The notes: generated by a model from the sequence alone, not told the origin. Counted from the first letter of the stretch, positions 1 to 8,545 are shown. The stretch: DNA of 64,000 bases from an uncultured archaeon (GCA_964486045.1 CAZALK010000019.1:1-64000), one strand, 5' to 3'. Numbers and translations are program-made.

Positions 1-43
1 GTAGATCTCGGTGGTCGCCGTATCATTAAAAAAAAAAAAAAAA
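1..43. other. Illumina P5 adapter read-through plus poly-A (assembly artefact)
   Basis: 1-27 GTAGATCTCGGTGGTCGCCGTATCATT is the reverse complement of the P5 oligo AATGATACGGCGACCACCGAGATCTAC, followed by an A-run at 28-43. Confidence 0.97.
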
Positions 44-54
44 GGTTAAAAAAA

Positions 55-141
55 ATGACCAGAAAAGAGAAAAAAGATATAAAAAAAGTTAAGAAAACAT
101 TTGCAGGGTATAATCCCGTAATCCAAAATTATATTAGGTAA
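55..141 (+). CDS. putative 28-aa basic peptide MTRKEKKDIKKVKKTFAGYNPVIQNYIR (5' context lost)
   Basis: ATG..TAA read manually and followed by a T-rich tract. Below the ORF-track cutoff and adjacent to the adapter junction. Confidence 0.3.
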   Translation: MTRKEKKDIKKVKKTFAGYNPVIQNYIR

Positions 142-209
142 TTTTTTTATTTTTTTAATTATTTATGCTTATCTTTAATTTTCCATTTCCATATTGGGGG
201 GAAATAACT

Positions 210-229
210 TCCTAGTAATACTACTAGGA
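210..229. repeat. 8-bp inverted repeat TCCTAGTA-N4-TACTAGGA
   Basis: Read directly from the sequence. Confidence 0.6.
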
Positions 230-305
230 CTCTATTTTTCTTTAATTTTTGTTTTACTCGTTTCTTTAATTCATTCTATTTGAAGGGTGATTTTAGGGAA
301 ACATT

Positions 306-355
306 AAGGTCTCTAAATAAATAAAATGACTAAAGATCATTTATTTAGAGACCTT
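306..355. repeat. 17-bp perfect inverted repeat AAGGTCTCTAAATAAAT-N16-ATTTATTTAGAGACCTT upstream of a Rab-like gene
   Basis: Arms 306-322 and 339-355 are exact reverse complements. Confidence 0.85.
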
Positions 356-436
356 CTAAACTAAAATTTTAAATTGCTAAAATTATACTCATTCATTAAG
401 CAAAATATGATCATCTGATTTCCTTAAATAACCTAA

Positions 437-988
437 ATGAGCGATCCTCAAAAATTTAGATTTAAGATAACAGTCATCGGTGATGGCCAAGTAGGTAAAA
501 CCTCCTTGATTAAAAAATTTACTCAAGGTTCTTTTGTTCAAGATTATGTGAAGACTTTAGGAGCACAATTTTCTAAATTTGATAAAGAAATAGAAGGTGA
601 TGAAACGAGATTGATTTTCTGGGATATAGCCGGTCAAGATGATTTTCGTTTTTTACTCCCTACTTTTTATAGAGAAAGTAATGCAGCAATTATTGTTTAT
701 AGTCTTGAGGAAAATAATCTTGGAAAGCAAAGTTTTGAGCATGTATCAAATTGGTATGAAAATATCAAAAAATTTTGCGGGGACATTCCAATGATTCTAT
801 TTGGCAATAAAGTCGATTTAATTGAGGAAGATGATCTCGACAATCCTAATGCTAAAGATTTTGTAGAGACAGAGGGGTTTCTTGGTTATTATTTAACCTC
901 AGCAAAAACAGGACAACGAGTTCATGATGCTTTTAATACAATAATAAATGAATTATATTACAAATCCAAGCTTTTATCAGAAATATAA
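437..988 (+). CDS. Rab-like small GTPase (Ras superfamily)
   Basis: G1 GDGQVGKT, G2 TLG, G3 WDIAGQ, G4 NKVD, G5 TSAK. No C-terminal prenylation Cys. Confidence 0.95.
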   Translation: MSDPQKFRFKITVIGDGQVGKTSLIKKFTQGSFVQDYVKTLGAQFSKFDKEIEGDETRLIFWDIAGQDDFRFLLPTFYRESNAAIIVYSLEENNLGKQSFEHVSNWYENIKKFCGDIPMILFGNKVDLIEEDDLDNPNAKDFVETEGFLGYYLTSAKTGQRVHDAFNTIINELYYKSKLLSEI

Positions 989-1019
989 TGATTTAAAAAT
1001 TCGAAAGATCAGAAAAATT

Positions 1020-3512
1020 TTAAAAATCGGCTTCCATTTCAGCAATCTCTGCTAAGAAGAGCTCAGCAATTGTCAGCCAATTTCGTTTAGTATCAAGATC
1101 ACAATAACATTTGTTTGTAAATTCCTTTCCTTTACTAAGGTTTTCGATAGCTGAATCTTGATCATCCATTTCTTTATAACATATTCCTAATTTAATATAA
1201 GTTTGATTAATATACCACTCATTGTTATCTAGTTCTATGGCCTTTTGGAATTCGCGAATAGCTTGTTCATATTCCTCAAAATTCATTAAAATCTCCCCAT
1301 AAGTATCATGGAATATTCCGTTTTTTGGTTCATGTTTGATTAGATCTGTTATAATTTCTATGACATTTTCTTTTTTATCTAAATATTGTAACCAATAAAT
1401 TTTATTTAGCATAAGATTGTTATCGCCTGGATATTTATCAATTAATTCGTTAATGATTTCTAATCCCCCTTCAATGTCTTTCTTTTCTTTAAGAATATAG
1501 GCCTTTTTTATTTTTAGGTTCCTTTCACCCTCGGGAAATTCTTCAAGTAAATTATCTAAAATATCAAGAATTTCATCGAACTTATCAAAATAAATTAGAA
1601 TTCTATTTTTTGAATTATAGAAATCAAGATTTTTAGGACTAAATGCAATAGCACGATTAATTGATTCGAGAGCTTCTTCATAATTATTTGATTCCAGCAA
1701 AAATTGGCTTTTTAATTGATAGTACCTTGCTTTATTGGAATCGTTGGGATCTAGATCAATAGCTTTATCTATTTCGATTAGTCCATCTTCTCTATCTGAA
1801 ACAAACTCATATATTTGATTATAACCATTTATTAAAGCCTTTAGAGCGTGAGAAAGAGGGTGATCGGGAAAAAATTTCTGCTCTTTTTCGACTATATCAA
1901 AAACTTTTTCATATTCTCCAAGTGTCATTGAAGAAAATCCCAATATAAAGAAATATAGAGCGTATAACGGATTTTCTTTATCAACTTGAGAAGCTTTTAT
2001 ATGCTTATTAAGAAATTCTACTGATTCATTATTACGGTTTAAATTAGAGAGAATCATTGCATGGTAAATAACCAGATCTAAATCTTTCTTACCAGACTTA
2101 ATAACTGAATTGACAAGATCTAATGCAGTACCATATTTTTTTTCATCTAAAGACTGATTAATCTTCTTGTAGACTGAATCTGGTTTTAAAGCCAAATAAG
2201 GTCGTAAAACTTCTAATATATCTGTTTCCAAATAATAATTCATTTTATTGTCACCTATAAATTGATATCGAGAGGTTGTAGAAAGACCCTCCTGTAATAT
2301 TTCAGGGATGTTCTGCCAAATTATGCCTTCTAACCTACTAGGAATACCTGATAATTTCTTTTCTTTTTCTATTTTAAATGCCAAATAATTAATATACTCA
2401 GGCAAAAACTTTAGTAATGATTTTTTCAGCTCCTCGGGGAAAACAAATTGACAAGCTTCTTCCAAAATCGCATTAACGGTAGATTTCATGTCAAGAGGAA
2501 GAATTAAATTTGATGAACTTTCAAATAGTTTATTTAAATATGTGAATTTTGTAATGTGTTCTTCTGTAATAACTCGAAGCATCATTTCTATTTTCTCATC
2601 TGATTGAAAATAGTAAACCTTGTCTTGAGGAGCCTCTAATTTGAAAAATTTTATTGTATAGATTTGATTTTCAATAATTTCATCAATATAGTAATCAAGA
2701 GTAGTTTTTTTAATTTGGTATTTTCCTGAAAATTCTTCAGGAAAAATGTAGTTTGGATACATGGTTGGGTGATTAATTGAAAGAAAAAGTAAAATTTTAT
2801 GAAAATCTTCCTCATTCCTTAAGACATTTTTAATTTTTGAATATTCTAATTTTAAAACACTATTGAGGAATCTAAATTGAATATTTCTTTCTTTTATATC
2901 AAAGTCTTTAAAAAATTTGAGCGTTTTTTGAGTTAATTCTGTAATCCGCTTGCTTTCTTCTTCTAATATTGATTGTCTGTCTAAATCATAAAACTTTAAC
3001 ATGTTAGAATATTCGGATTTACCGGTTTGAGTTATCTTATATTCTTTTTCATCTTTTCTTACGAAATTTTTCTTTAGTAAATCATTTAAATTTTTTGATA
3101 ATGAGGATTGATTAATTGACAAAGGCTTTTCAAGAAAATCTGCCCATTTGCAATAATTATTATTATAAACCATCCATAGAATCCAGTGATCATAATTTCT
3201 ATGAGCAAGTATTACTTTTGGGGGATAACTTAATTTCCTTCCCCCTCTTTTATTTTGTCCTAATTCATAATACCTTTCACGTCCCTTAGTAGTTATGAGA
3301 TAGTGATTGAATTCACTTTTTAAAATATAACCATCGCGTTTAAGTTTATTTAAATATATAGATAAGGTTGATCGATTTACTTTTTCTTTTAAATCTGACC
3401 AAGAACATACTTTATTATTACTTAATATCCAAAGTATAACATACTCCCAGTTGGGTTTGCCAACAATCGGGCTTAAAATCTCTTCAGGGGGGTAATTAAC
3501 CGTTGATTCCAA
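1020..3512 (-). CDS. multi winged-helix (MarR/ArsR-like x2-3) plus C-terminal TPR putative transcription regulator
   Basis: Two homologous N-terminal units (YPP..IL..ILW...N..C.W.D...N.S.LS..LN.L....I..Y.IT..G), a third HTH-like unit (IKKTTLDYYIDEI), then TPR helices (YEEALESINRAIAFSP, YEQAIREFQKAIELD). Confidence 0.8.
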   Translation of the reverse strand: MESTVNYPPEEILSPIVGKPNWEYVILWILSNNKVCSWSDLKEKVNRSTLSIYLNKLKRDGYILKSEFNHYLITTKGRERYYELGQNKRGGRKLSYPPKVILAHRNYDHWILWMVYNNNYCKWADFLEKPLSINQSSLSKNLNDLLKKNFVRKDEKEYKITQTGKSEYSNMLKFYDLDRQSILEEESKRITELTQKTLKFFKDFDIKERNIQFRFLNSVLKLEYSKIKNVLRNEEDFHKILLFLSINHPTMYPNYIFPEEFSGKYQIKKTTLDYYIDEIIENQIYTIKFFKLEAPQDKVYYFQSDEKIEMMLRVITEEHITKFTYLNKLFESSSNLILPLDMKSTVNAILEEACQFVFPEELKKSLLKFLPEYINYLAFKIEKEKKLSGIPSRLEGIIWQNIPEILQEGLSTTSRYQFIGDNKMNYYLETDILEVLRPYLALKPDSVYKKINQSLDEKKYGTALDLVNSVIKSGKKDLDLVIYHAMILSNLNRNNESVEFLNKHIKASQVDKENPLYALYFFILGFSSMTLGEYEKVFDIVEKEQKFFPDHPLSHALKALINGYNQIYEFVSDREDGLIEIDKAIDLDPNDSNKARYYQLKSQFLLESNNYEEALESINRAIAFSPKNLDFYNSKNRILIYFDKFDEILDILDNLLEEFPEGERNLKIKKAYILKEKKDIEGGLEIINELIDKYPGDNNLMLNKIYWLQYLDKKENVIEIITDLIKHEPKNGIFHDTYGEILMNFEEYEQAIREFQKAIELDNNEWYINQTYIKLGICYKEMDDQDSAIENLSKGKEFTNKCYCDLDTKRNWLTIAELFLAEIAEMEADF

Positions 3513-3586
3513 AATTCTTCCATTATAAAACTGTTGCTATTATGTAAATATTAAGTAGGTTTATATATATATTTTTTGATTTGAAC

Positions 3587-3628
3587 TCTAATTAGACTTC
3601 TAGAAGTATTATTTTACCTAGACATGTC
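3587..3628. promoter_or_regulatory. cluster of palindromes in the divergent intergenic region (TCTAATTAGA, ACTTCTAGAAGT, GACATGTC)
   Basis: Perfect palindromes at 3587-3596, 3596-3607 and 3621-3628. Operator role is inferred. Confidence 0.4.
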
Positions 3629-3660
3629 AAACAAGAATAAATCGTTTAAATAAGAGACTA

Positions 3661-3720
3661 TCTAAAAGAAGTCTAAGAGTCCATTCAAGGTTCCCAGAAT
3701 CAAACTTTATATAAAACCTT
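3661..3720 (+). promoter_or_regulatory. promoter copy 1: TCTA-N7-TCTAAGAxTCC box, then AAAC and TATA box (TTTATATAAA 3706-3715)
   Basis: Aligns without gaps to 4200-4259 (40/60 identities by manual count). Confidence 0.65.
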
Positions 3721-3769
3721 TCTATTATATTATTTAATTAAGTAAAAAAAATAAAAATTGCTGATAAAA

Positions 3770-3967
3770 ATGGTCCAAATATATGAAAAAGTAATGGTTG
3801 AAAAAGTCGAAAAGATTGATGAGGCTGAAAACCAAGAAGATGAATTACTTGGAGATTTGAATCCAAAATATTTTGAAGAAGCTATTCATCTAAAAGAAGC
3901 TAAGAAAAGTATTACGGCTTCAGATATTTACGCTGGCTCTAAATTCAATTTTTTTAGTGCTTTTTAA
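3770..3967 (+). CDS. small acidic protein (65 aa) with NxKYxEE motif, ending NFFSAF
   Basis: ATG at 3770 (track starts at TTG 3758), TATA box upstream, T-rich tract downstream, motif shared with 4524..4778. Confidence 0.75.
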   Translation: MVQIYEKVMVEKVEKIDEAENQEDELLGDLNPKYFEEAIHLKEAKKSITASDIYAGSKFNFFSAF

Positions 3968-4199
3968 AAGTATTAACAAATTTTTTTAATTCTTATATTT
4001 TATCTTATATTTTATATTCTCTACTTTCAACCTAATACGTACAATTATTCTTTTAAAGGTTTTTTTTTCATTTTCGTTATAAAAATTTTTCAGGAGATAA
4101 TATTAAAAAAATCTATTAGCAGTTTCAAAATTAAAACTTTTGTTAAATCTTATAAACTTAAGTAGAGTTTTACTAGTTTATTAGTTTTAAAAAGAAGGG

Positions 4200-4259
4200 T
4201 CTATAACAAATCTAAGACTCCGCGCAAACTTTTCTTAATAAAACTATATTACGATCCTT
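4200..4259 (+). promoter_or_regulatory. promoter copy 2: TCTA-N7-TCTAAGAxTCC box with identical spacing to AAAC-TATAT
   Basis: Gapless similarity to 3661-3720. ATG 4275 lies where a near-leaderless transcript would start. Confidence 0.6.
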
Positions 4260-4274
4260 GATCTAACTGATCTT

Positions 4275-4442
4275 ATGAAGAAAAAGATGGATGTGTTAAA
4301 AAAAATAGATCAGTTTTTAGTTGAAGAGTATGCTCCCATAGAACTTGAGGAACTGTATGTGATTTTAATAAAAAGTACTTCAAAACATAAACAGGAAGAT
4401 AATAAAGGTAAAGAAAACGTAGTAAAATCTGACAGAAGCTAA
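4275..4442 (+). CDS. small protein (55 aa) MKKKMDVLKKIDQFLVEEYAPIELEELYVILIKSTSKHKQEDNKGKENVVKSDRS
   Basis: Manually translated. Lies just downstream of promoter copy 2; N-terminus weakly resembles 4524..4778. Confidence 0.45.
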   Translation: MKKKMDVLKKIDQFLVEEYAPIELEELYVILIKSTSKHKQEDNKGKENVVKSDRS

Positions 4443-4523
4443 AGGACTGATTATTCCTGATTTGAAGGGAGTAATATATATGCTTTATAAATAAAATGTT
4501 GAATTAAAGGGGTGATAAAAAAA

Positions 4524-4778
4524 ATGGTTGAAGTGTTATTAAAGAAAAAGGATCTTGAGGATCTATTTGAATTAGAAGATTTTGTGATTTTAGAAGAGCT
4601 CCCCACAGTTGAAGAAGATCATGAGATGGTGAAAGTCAAGTTAGAAGAAAAACCACTCAAAAAAGCAATGCTAAAATTGTTGAAGAAAGCTAAATATAAT
4701 GCTAAATATTTGGAAGAAATGGTAGATGTGAACAAAGTTAAAAGAAACATTCATTATAGGAATTTTGGGCTTTTCTAG
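4524..4778 (+). CDS. small protein (84 aa), acidic N-terminus, NxKYxEE motif, ending NFGLF
   Basis: GGGGTGAT Shine-Dalgarno at 4509-4516 before ATG 4524; TTTATAAA at ~4483. Confidence 0.78.
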   Translation: MVEVLLKKKDLEDLFELEDFVILEELPTVEEDHEMVKVKLEEKPLKKAMLKLLKKAKYNAKYLEEMVDVNKVKRNIHYRNFGLF

Positions 4779-4794
4779 AGTTAATTTTTCCTTA

Positions 4795-4890
4795 TCAGAC
4801 TGATTTTATTCTGAGATCAGACATCAGGGAGAGATAAAATCAGGGGGAGGGGGACCTTTTCTGATCCCCCTCTTATTTTTTTTCTTTTTT
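4795..4890 (+). terminator. double-hairpin structured 3' element followed by poly-T
   Basis: CTGATTTTAT (4800-4809)/ATAAAATCAG (4834-4843); GAGGGGGA (4847-4854)/TCCCCCTC (4865-4872); T-tract follows. Confidence 0.6.
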
Positions 4891-5025
4891 ATATTATTGT
4901 TAATGCTTTAAGAAATCATATGTTTAAAGTAAACCAAAATTTTAAATTGAAGAAAAGCTGATATAAGTTTAATTATTAATTTTTGAAAGAAATATACCAA
5001 TATCTCATTCTTTCCAATAAACTCT

Positions 5026-5592
5026 ATGAACGATAGTGGACGCAAATTTAGGTTTAAGGTAACTGTCATTGGAGATGGAAAAGTCGGCAAAACATCCTTA
5101 ATTAAGAAATTCACTAAAGGATCTTTTAAAAAAGATTATGTAAAGACAATTGGGGCACAATTCTCAGTCTACGATGAAAATATTAACAACGATAAAATCA
5201 GATTATTGTTTTGGGATATCGCCGGTCAAGATACGTTCCACTTTTTACGACCGAATTTTTTTAAAAATAGTAGAGCAGCAATCATCGTTTATAGTCTTGA
5301 AGATAATAAATTTGGGAAGGAGAGTTTTAAACATATCTCAACTTGGTATGATGACATATCAAAATTCTGTGAAAATATCCCTTTTGTAATTTTTGGGAAT
5401 AAAGTTGATTTAGTTGATGAAGCCAAACTAGATAATTCTAAAATCCAAGAAATAATCGATGAGAAAAACTTTCTTGGTCATTACATAACCTCAGCAAAAA
5501 CTGGAAAAGGAATTCTTGACGCTTTTAATGCAATCATAGAAACCCTTTATTCTAAAATTAAATCTCTATCTGGTGAAGTAGCAATCGAGTAA
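5026..5592 (+). CDS. Rab-like small GTPase
   Basis: GDGKVGKT, TIGAQF, WDIAGQ, NKVD, TSAK. Confidence 0.95.
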   Translation: MNDSGRKFRFKVTVIGDGKVGKTSLIKKFTKGSFKKDYVKTIGAQFSVYDENINNDKIRLLFWDIAGQDTFHFLRPNFFKNSRAAIIVYSLEDNKFGKESFKHISTWYDDISKFCENIPFVIFGNKVDLVDEAKLDNSKIQEIIDEKNFLGHYITSAKTGKGILDAFNAIIETLYSKIKSLSGEVAIE

Positions 5593-5688
5593 TGCTGAAA
5601 GTTTTCCGAAAATTTTAATATGGAAAAAATCGATTATATCTCGTATAAAAAATATTAATAATGATATTTTGATCTTACAAAAAATGCA

Positions 5689-6240
5689 ATGACTGATATC
5701 AATTACCTCTTTAAAATTGCTGTTGTTGGTGATGGAAGAGTTGGCAAAACTTCCTTAATTAAAATATTTACTCAGAGTTCTTTTGAAAAGGAGTATATCA
5801 AGACGATAGGTGCCCAATTATCTGTGTATATTGGAGAAATTGATGGAGAAAAAATTAAGTTACTATTTTGGGACATCGCAGGTCAAGACACCTTCCATTT
5901 TTTGCGACCGAATTTTTTTAAAAATAGTAAAGCAGCTATTATTGTTTACAGTCTTGAGGGAAACAAACATGGTAAACAGAGCTTTAAACATATTCAAAAT
6001 TGGCAAAATGATGTTAAAAAATATTGCGGGAATATTCCTGTAATTCTGTTTGCTAATAAAGCTGATTTATTGGATGAAAGCAAGGTAAATTATAACGAAA
6101 TTCAATCAGTAATTAACGAGAATGACTTCCTTGGATATTACATAACATCGGCAAAAACTGGGGAAGGAGTCATTAAAGCATTTTCCGCTATCATAGAAAA
6201 TTTATTTTACAAATTTAGATCATTATCTGCTGAATTATAG
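5689..6240 (+). CDS. Rab-like small GTPase (tandem paralog)
   Basis: GDGRVGKT, WDIAGQDTFHFLRPNFFKNS identical to the neighbour, NKAD, TSAK. Confidence 0.95.
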   Translation: MTDINYLFKIAVVGDGRVGKTSLIKIFTQSSFEKEYIKTIGAQLSVYIGEIDGEKIKLLFWDIAGQDTFHFLRPNFFKNSKAAIIVYSLEGNKHGKQSFKHIQNWQNDVKKYCGNIPVILFANKADLLDESKVNYNEIQSVINENDFLGYYITSAKTGEGVIKAFSAIIENLFYKFRSLSAEL

Positions 6241-6422
6241 GGCATTGATTTGTTATTAATTACTAATTAGGTGAAAATCTAAAATGCTTTATATATCTGC
6301 TAAACGATTGATTAATGGAGTAATAGTGATAAGTTCTATTATTATTACTTGGAGATTTTCCTTAGTTGTTAAATTGGGAACGCTAGTATAAGTACTTAAT
6401 TAAGAAGATCAAATCCATTATT

Positions 6423-7946
6423 ATGACTTATAAAAAAATCGCTTTTTTCAAGAGTCTCTCATTAATAGATCGAGCATTTCCCCTTAAAGTACGTGATGAT
6501 CCCAAATATGATAATCATCCCCTAATAAATAAAAAAGCGATTGATGAAGCGGTAAAAGAATATAAAAATAAAGTAGCTTATGCAACTAATAAAAATATCC
6601 CTAATGTCTCAGTCTTAAAGACAAATATTGAAGGACGCCTTTTAGCAGAAAATATTCCAGAAATTCCTTCAATTGTTATCAATGAAATATGTACTGAAGA
6701 AATAATTCGTAAAACTCTAAATAAACATGATATTTCACATATTGCATTAAGTATATACGCAACCGGAATGTATGAAACAATAAAAATAATAAAAACTATT
6801 CAAACAGAATTTAAAGACGTAGAATTATATATCGGGGGAGTTGGAACAGTATATTCCCATTTGCAAGAATTAGTAGAGCAGAAAAATACGTGTACTGGAA
6901 ATGGTATAAATTGGATGAGAGGTAAATTCAATTTAAAACCCCTTTCAAACGAGGAATTCATTATACCAAAAATATTTGGAAATTTTCCTGAATCACCAGT
7001 TCCTATGAAAACTGCTTTTTTAATAACACAGCTTGGTTGCCCAAATAATTGTGATTTTTGTATTACTCCTAATTTTCTAAAGTATAAAGCCCTTTCAAAT
7101 GGTGATAAAATAATCAGGTTTATTGAAGACCTAAGCTCAGAATCTAATAAAGATATTTTTCTTTTCATGATTGAACCAAATGCTTTTTTCCCAGAACACA
7201 CTTGGAAGAAGATTTTTAACTACTTTATCGAAAATTCGGGAAGAATTGATAATAATATTTTTATAGCTTTTGAAGGTTCACTTAATCATATAAACAAGTT
7301 TGATTTAGAAACCATTCAACGGAAATCCCCAATAAAATTTTTATTGATAAGTTATGGGATTGAAAGCACCCTTAGAGGTGGCTATCTCAAAAATCAAGGC
7401 AATCCTGAGAAAATTATAGAAAGATTAAACAAAGTTGGAATTGTTACTAAACAAAATTACATATTGGGACTACCCTTTCACACAAAGAAAAATATTGATT
7501 TAGAAATCAAAAATAATTTAAAATTTCATCCTGATCTTTATTCGGTTTATAACTTTAAACCTATTCCAGGGACTCCTTTATATAATCAGTTGAAATCAAA
7601 AAATCGTGTATACGATAAGACTTTACCTCTTGAGTTTTTATATGCATTCGGATTCCTTCCTTTCACTCATGAACATTTGGGAGGAGGATTCAACATATTG
7701 AAATATATTTTTAAAGCTATTTACGAGAATGAAAAAAGAAGCATTGATATTTATGGTAATTTCTCAAATAAACTGTTAGATTTATTTGCTCTTACAAATT
7801 CTCGCAAAATTAAATGGGCTGCGAAATCATTTATGAAAATAAATAGTTTGTACTTTAATTCTTTTCAGGCTCGAATGCCTAATAGATTAGCAACTATCTA
7901 TAAACAGAGGTTAAAATCTCTTAAACAAAAGTACAAAAATTTTTAG
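6423..7946 (+). CDS. radical SAM protein, B12-binding class-like
   Basis: GCPNNCDFC (CxxxCxxC), upstream Rossmann-like IALS..YIGG segment, GIES, ILGLP, PIPGTPLY. Confidence 0.88.
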   Translation: MTYKKIAFFKSLSLIDRAFPLKVRDDPKYDNHPLINKKAIDEAVKEYKNKVAYATNKNIPNVSVLKTNIEGRLLAENIPEIPSIVINEICTEEIIRKTLNKHDISHIALSIYATGMYETIKIIKTIQTEFKDVELYIGGVGTVYSHLQELVEQKNTCTGNGINWMRGKFNLKPLSNEEFIIPKIFGNFPESPVPMKTAFLITQLGCPNNCDFCITPNFLKYKALSNGDKIIRFIEDLSSESNKDIFLFMIEPNAFFPEHTWKKIFNYFIENSGRIDNNIFIAFEGSLNHINKFDLETIQRKSPIKFLLISYGIESTLRGGYLKNQGNPEKIIERLNKVGIVTKQNYILGLPFHTKKNIDLEIKNNLKFHPDLYSVYNFKPIPGTPLYNQLKSKNRVYDKTLPLEFLYAFGFLPFTHEHLGGGFNILKYIFKAIYENEKRSIDIYGNFSNKLLDLFALTNSRKIKWAAKSFMKINSLYFNSFQARMPNRLATIYKQRLKSLKQKYKNF

Positions 7947-8111
7947 AAAATTATTATTTCTCAATATTTTTTATATTTCTTAAAATCTCTAAGGGAATAA
8001 TATTTTCTGTTCTTTTTTTGCATAAATGTTTATATATGAGTTAATGGTATCTTAAAATAATCCATCATTTTATTAGTTTACAAAAAATCTACAGAAATTT
8101 AATGAAAAAAT

Positions 8112-8417
8112 ATGTCAGAGATTAAAAAAACTCCAAGATCAATTTATTATATTCTACTTCCTGTAACTATTATATTTAATGTTGCTTTAATATTAGGAGG
8201 GATTCTTAGTTTTAATGCAGGCTTACTGGAGATTGCTCTACTTTTATGGGTTACAACCCCTATAACGGATGCTTTTTTAATATGGGGAATGATTAATTTA
8301 AGAAAATTCCGGAATAAACTCTTAGAAGAACCTCTCCCCAATCCACCTTGTTTAATATTTGTGGGGATAATAATATCAGTAATAGTTTTATTGAGTACTA
8401 TAAATATAATTCTTTAA
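8112..8417 (+). CDS. small membrane protein (~3 TM), hypothetical
   Basis: Hydrophobic segments; TATA-like TTTATATAT upstream; T-tract downstream. Confidence 0.6.
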   Translation: MSEIKKTPRSIYYILLPVTIIFNVALILGGILSFNAGLLEIALLLWVTTPITDAFLIWGMINLRKFRNKLLEEPLPNPPCLIFVGIIISVIVLLSTINIIL

Positions 8418-8545
8418 TAATCATTATTTTTTTTTTAAAAGAAAATTAATTATTTATGTTCTATTTTTTCTCAAATAGTTTGAGATAATATTAAAGTAGA
8501 ATGTAAAATTATTGAATAAAAATTACTGAATTTGGAGAGCTTAAA

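Noticed and set aside
4795-4875. Hairpins as a SECIS element or C/D-box sRNA
   Set aside because: The upstream ORF has no in-frame TGA, and there is no RUGAUGA box C or clear AUGA/GA quartet.
3770-7946. Small ORFs as RiPP precursors for the radical SAM enzyme
   Set aside because: Two Rab genes and a terminator intervene; no SPASM/RRE domain, peptidase or exporter is visible.
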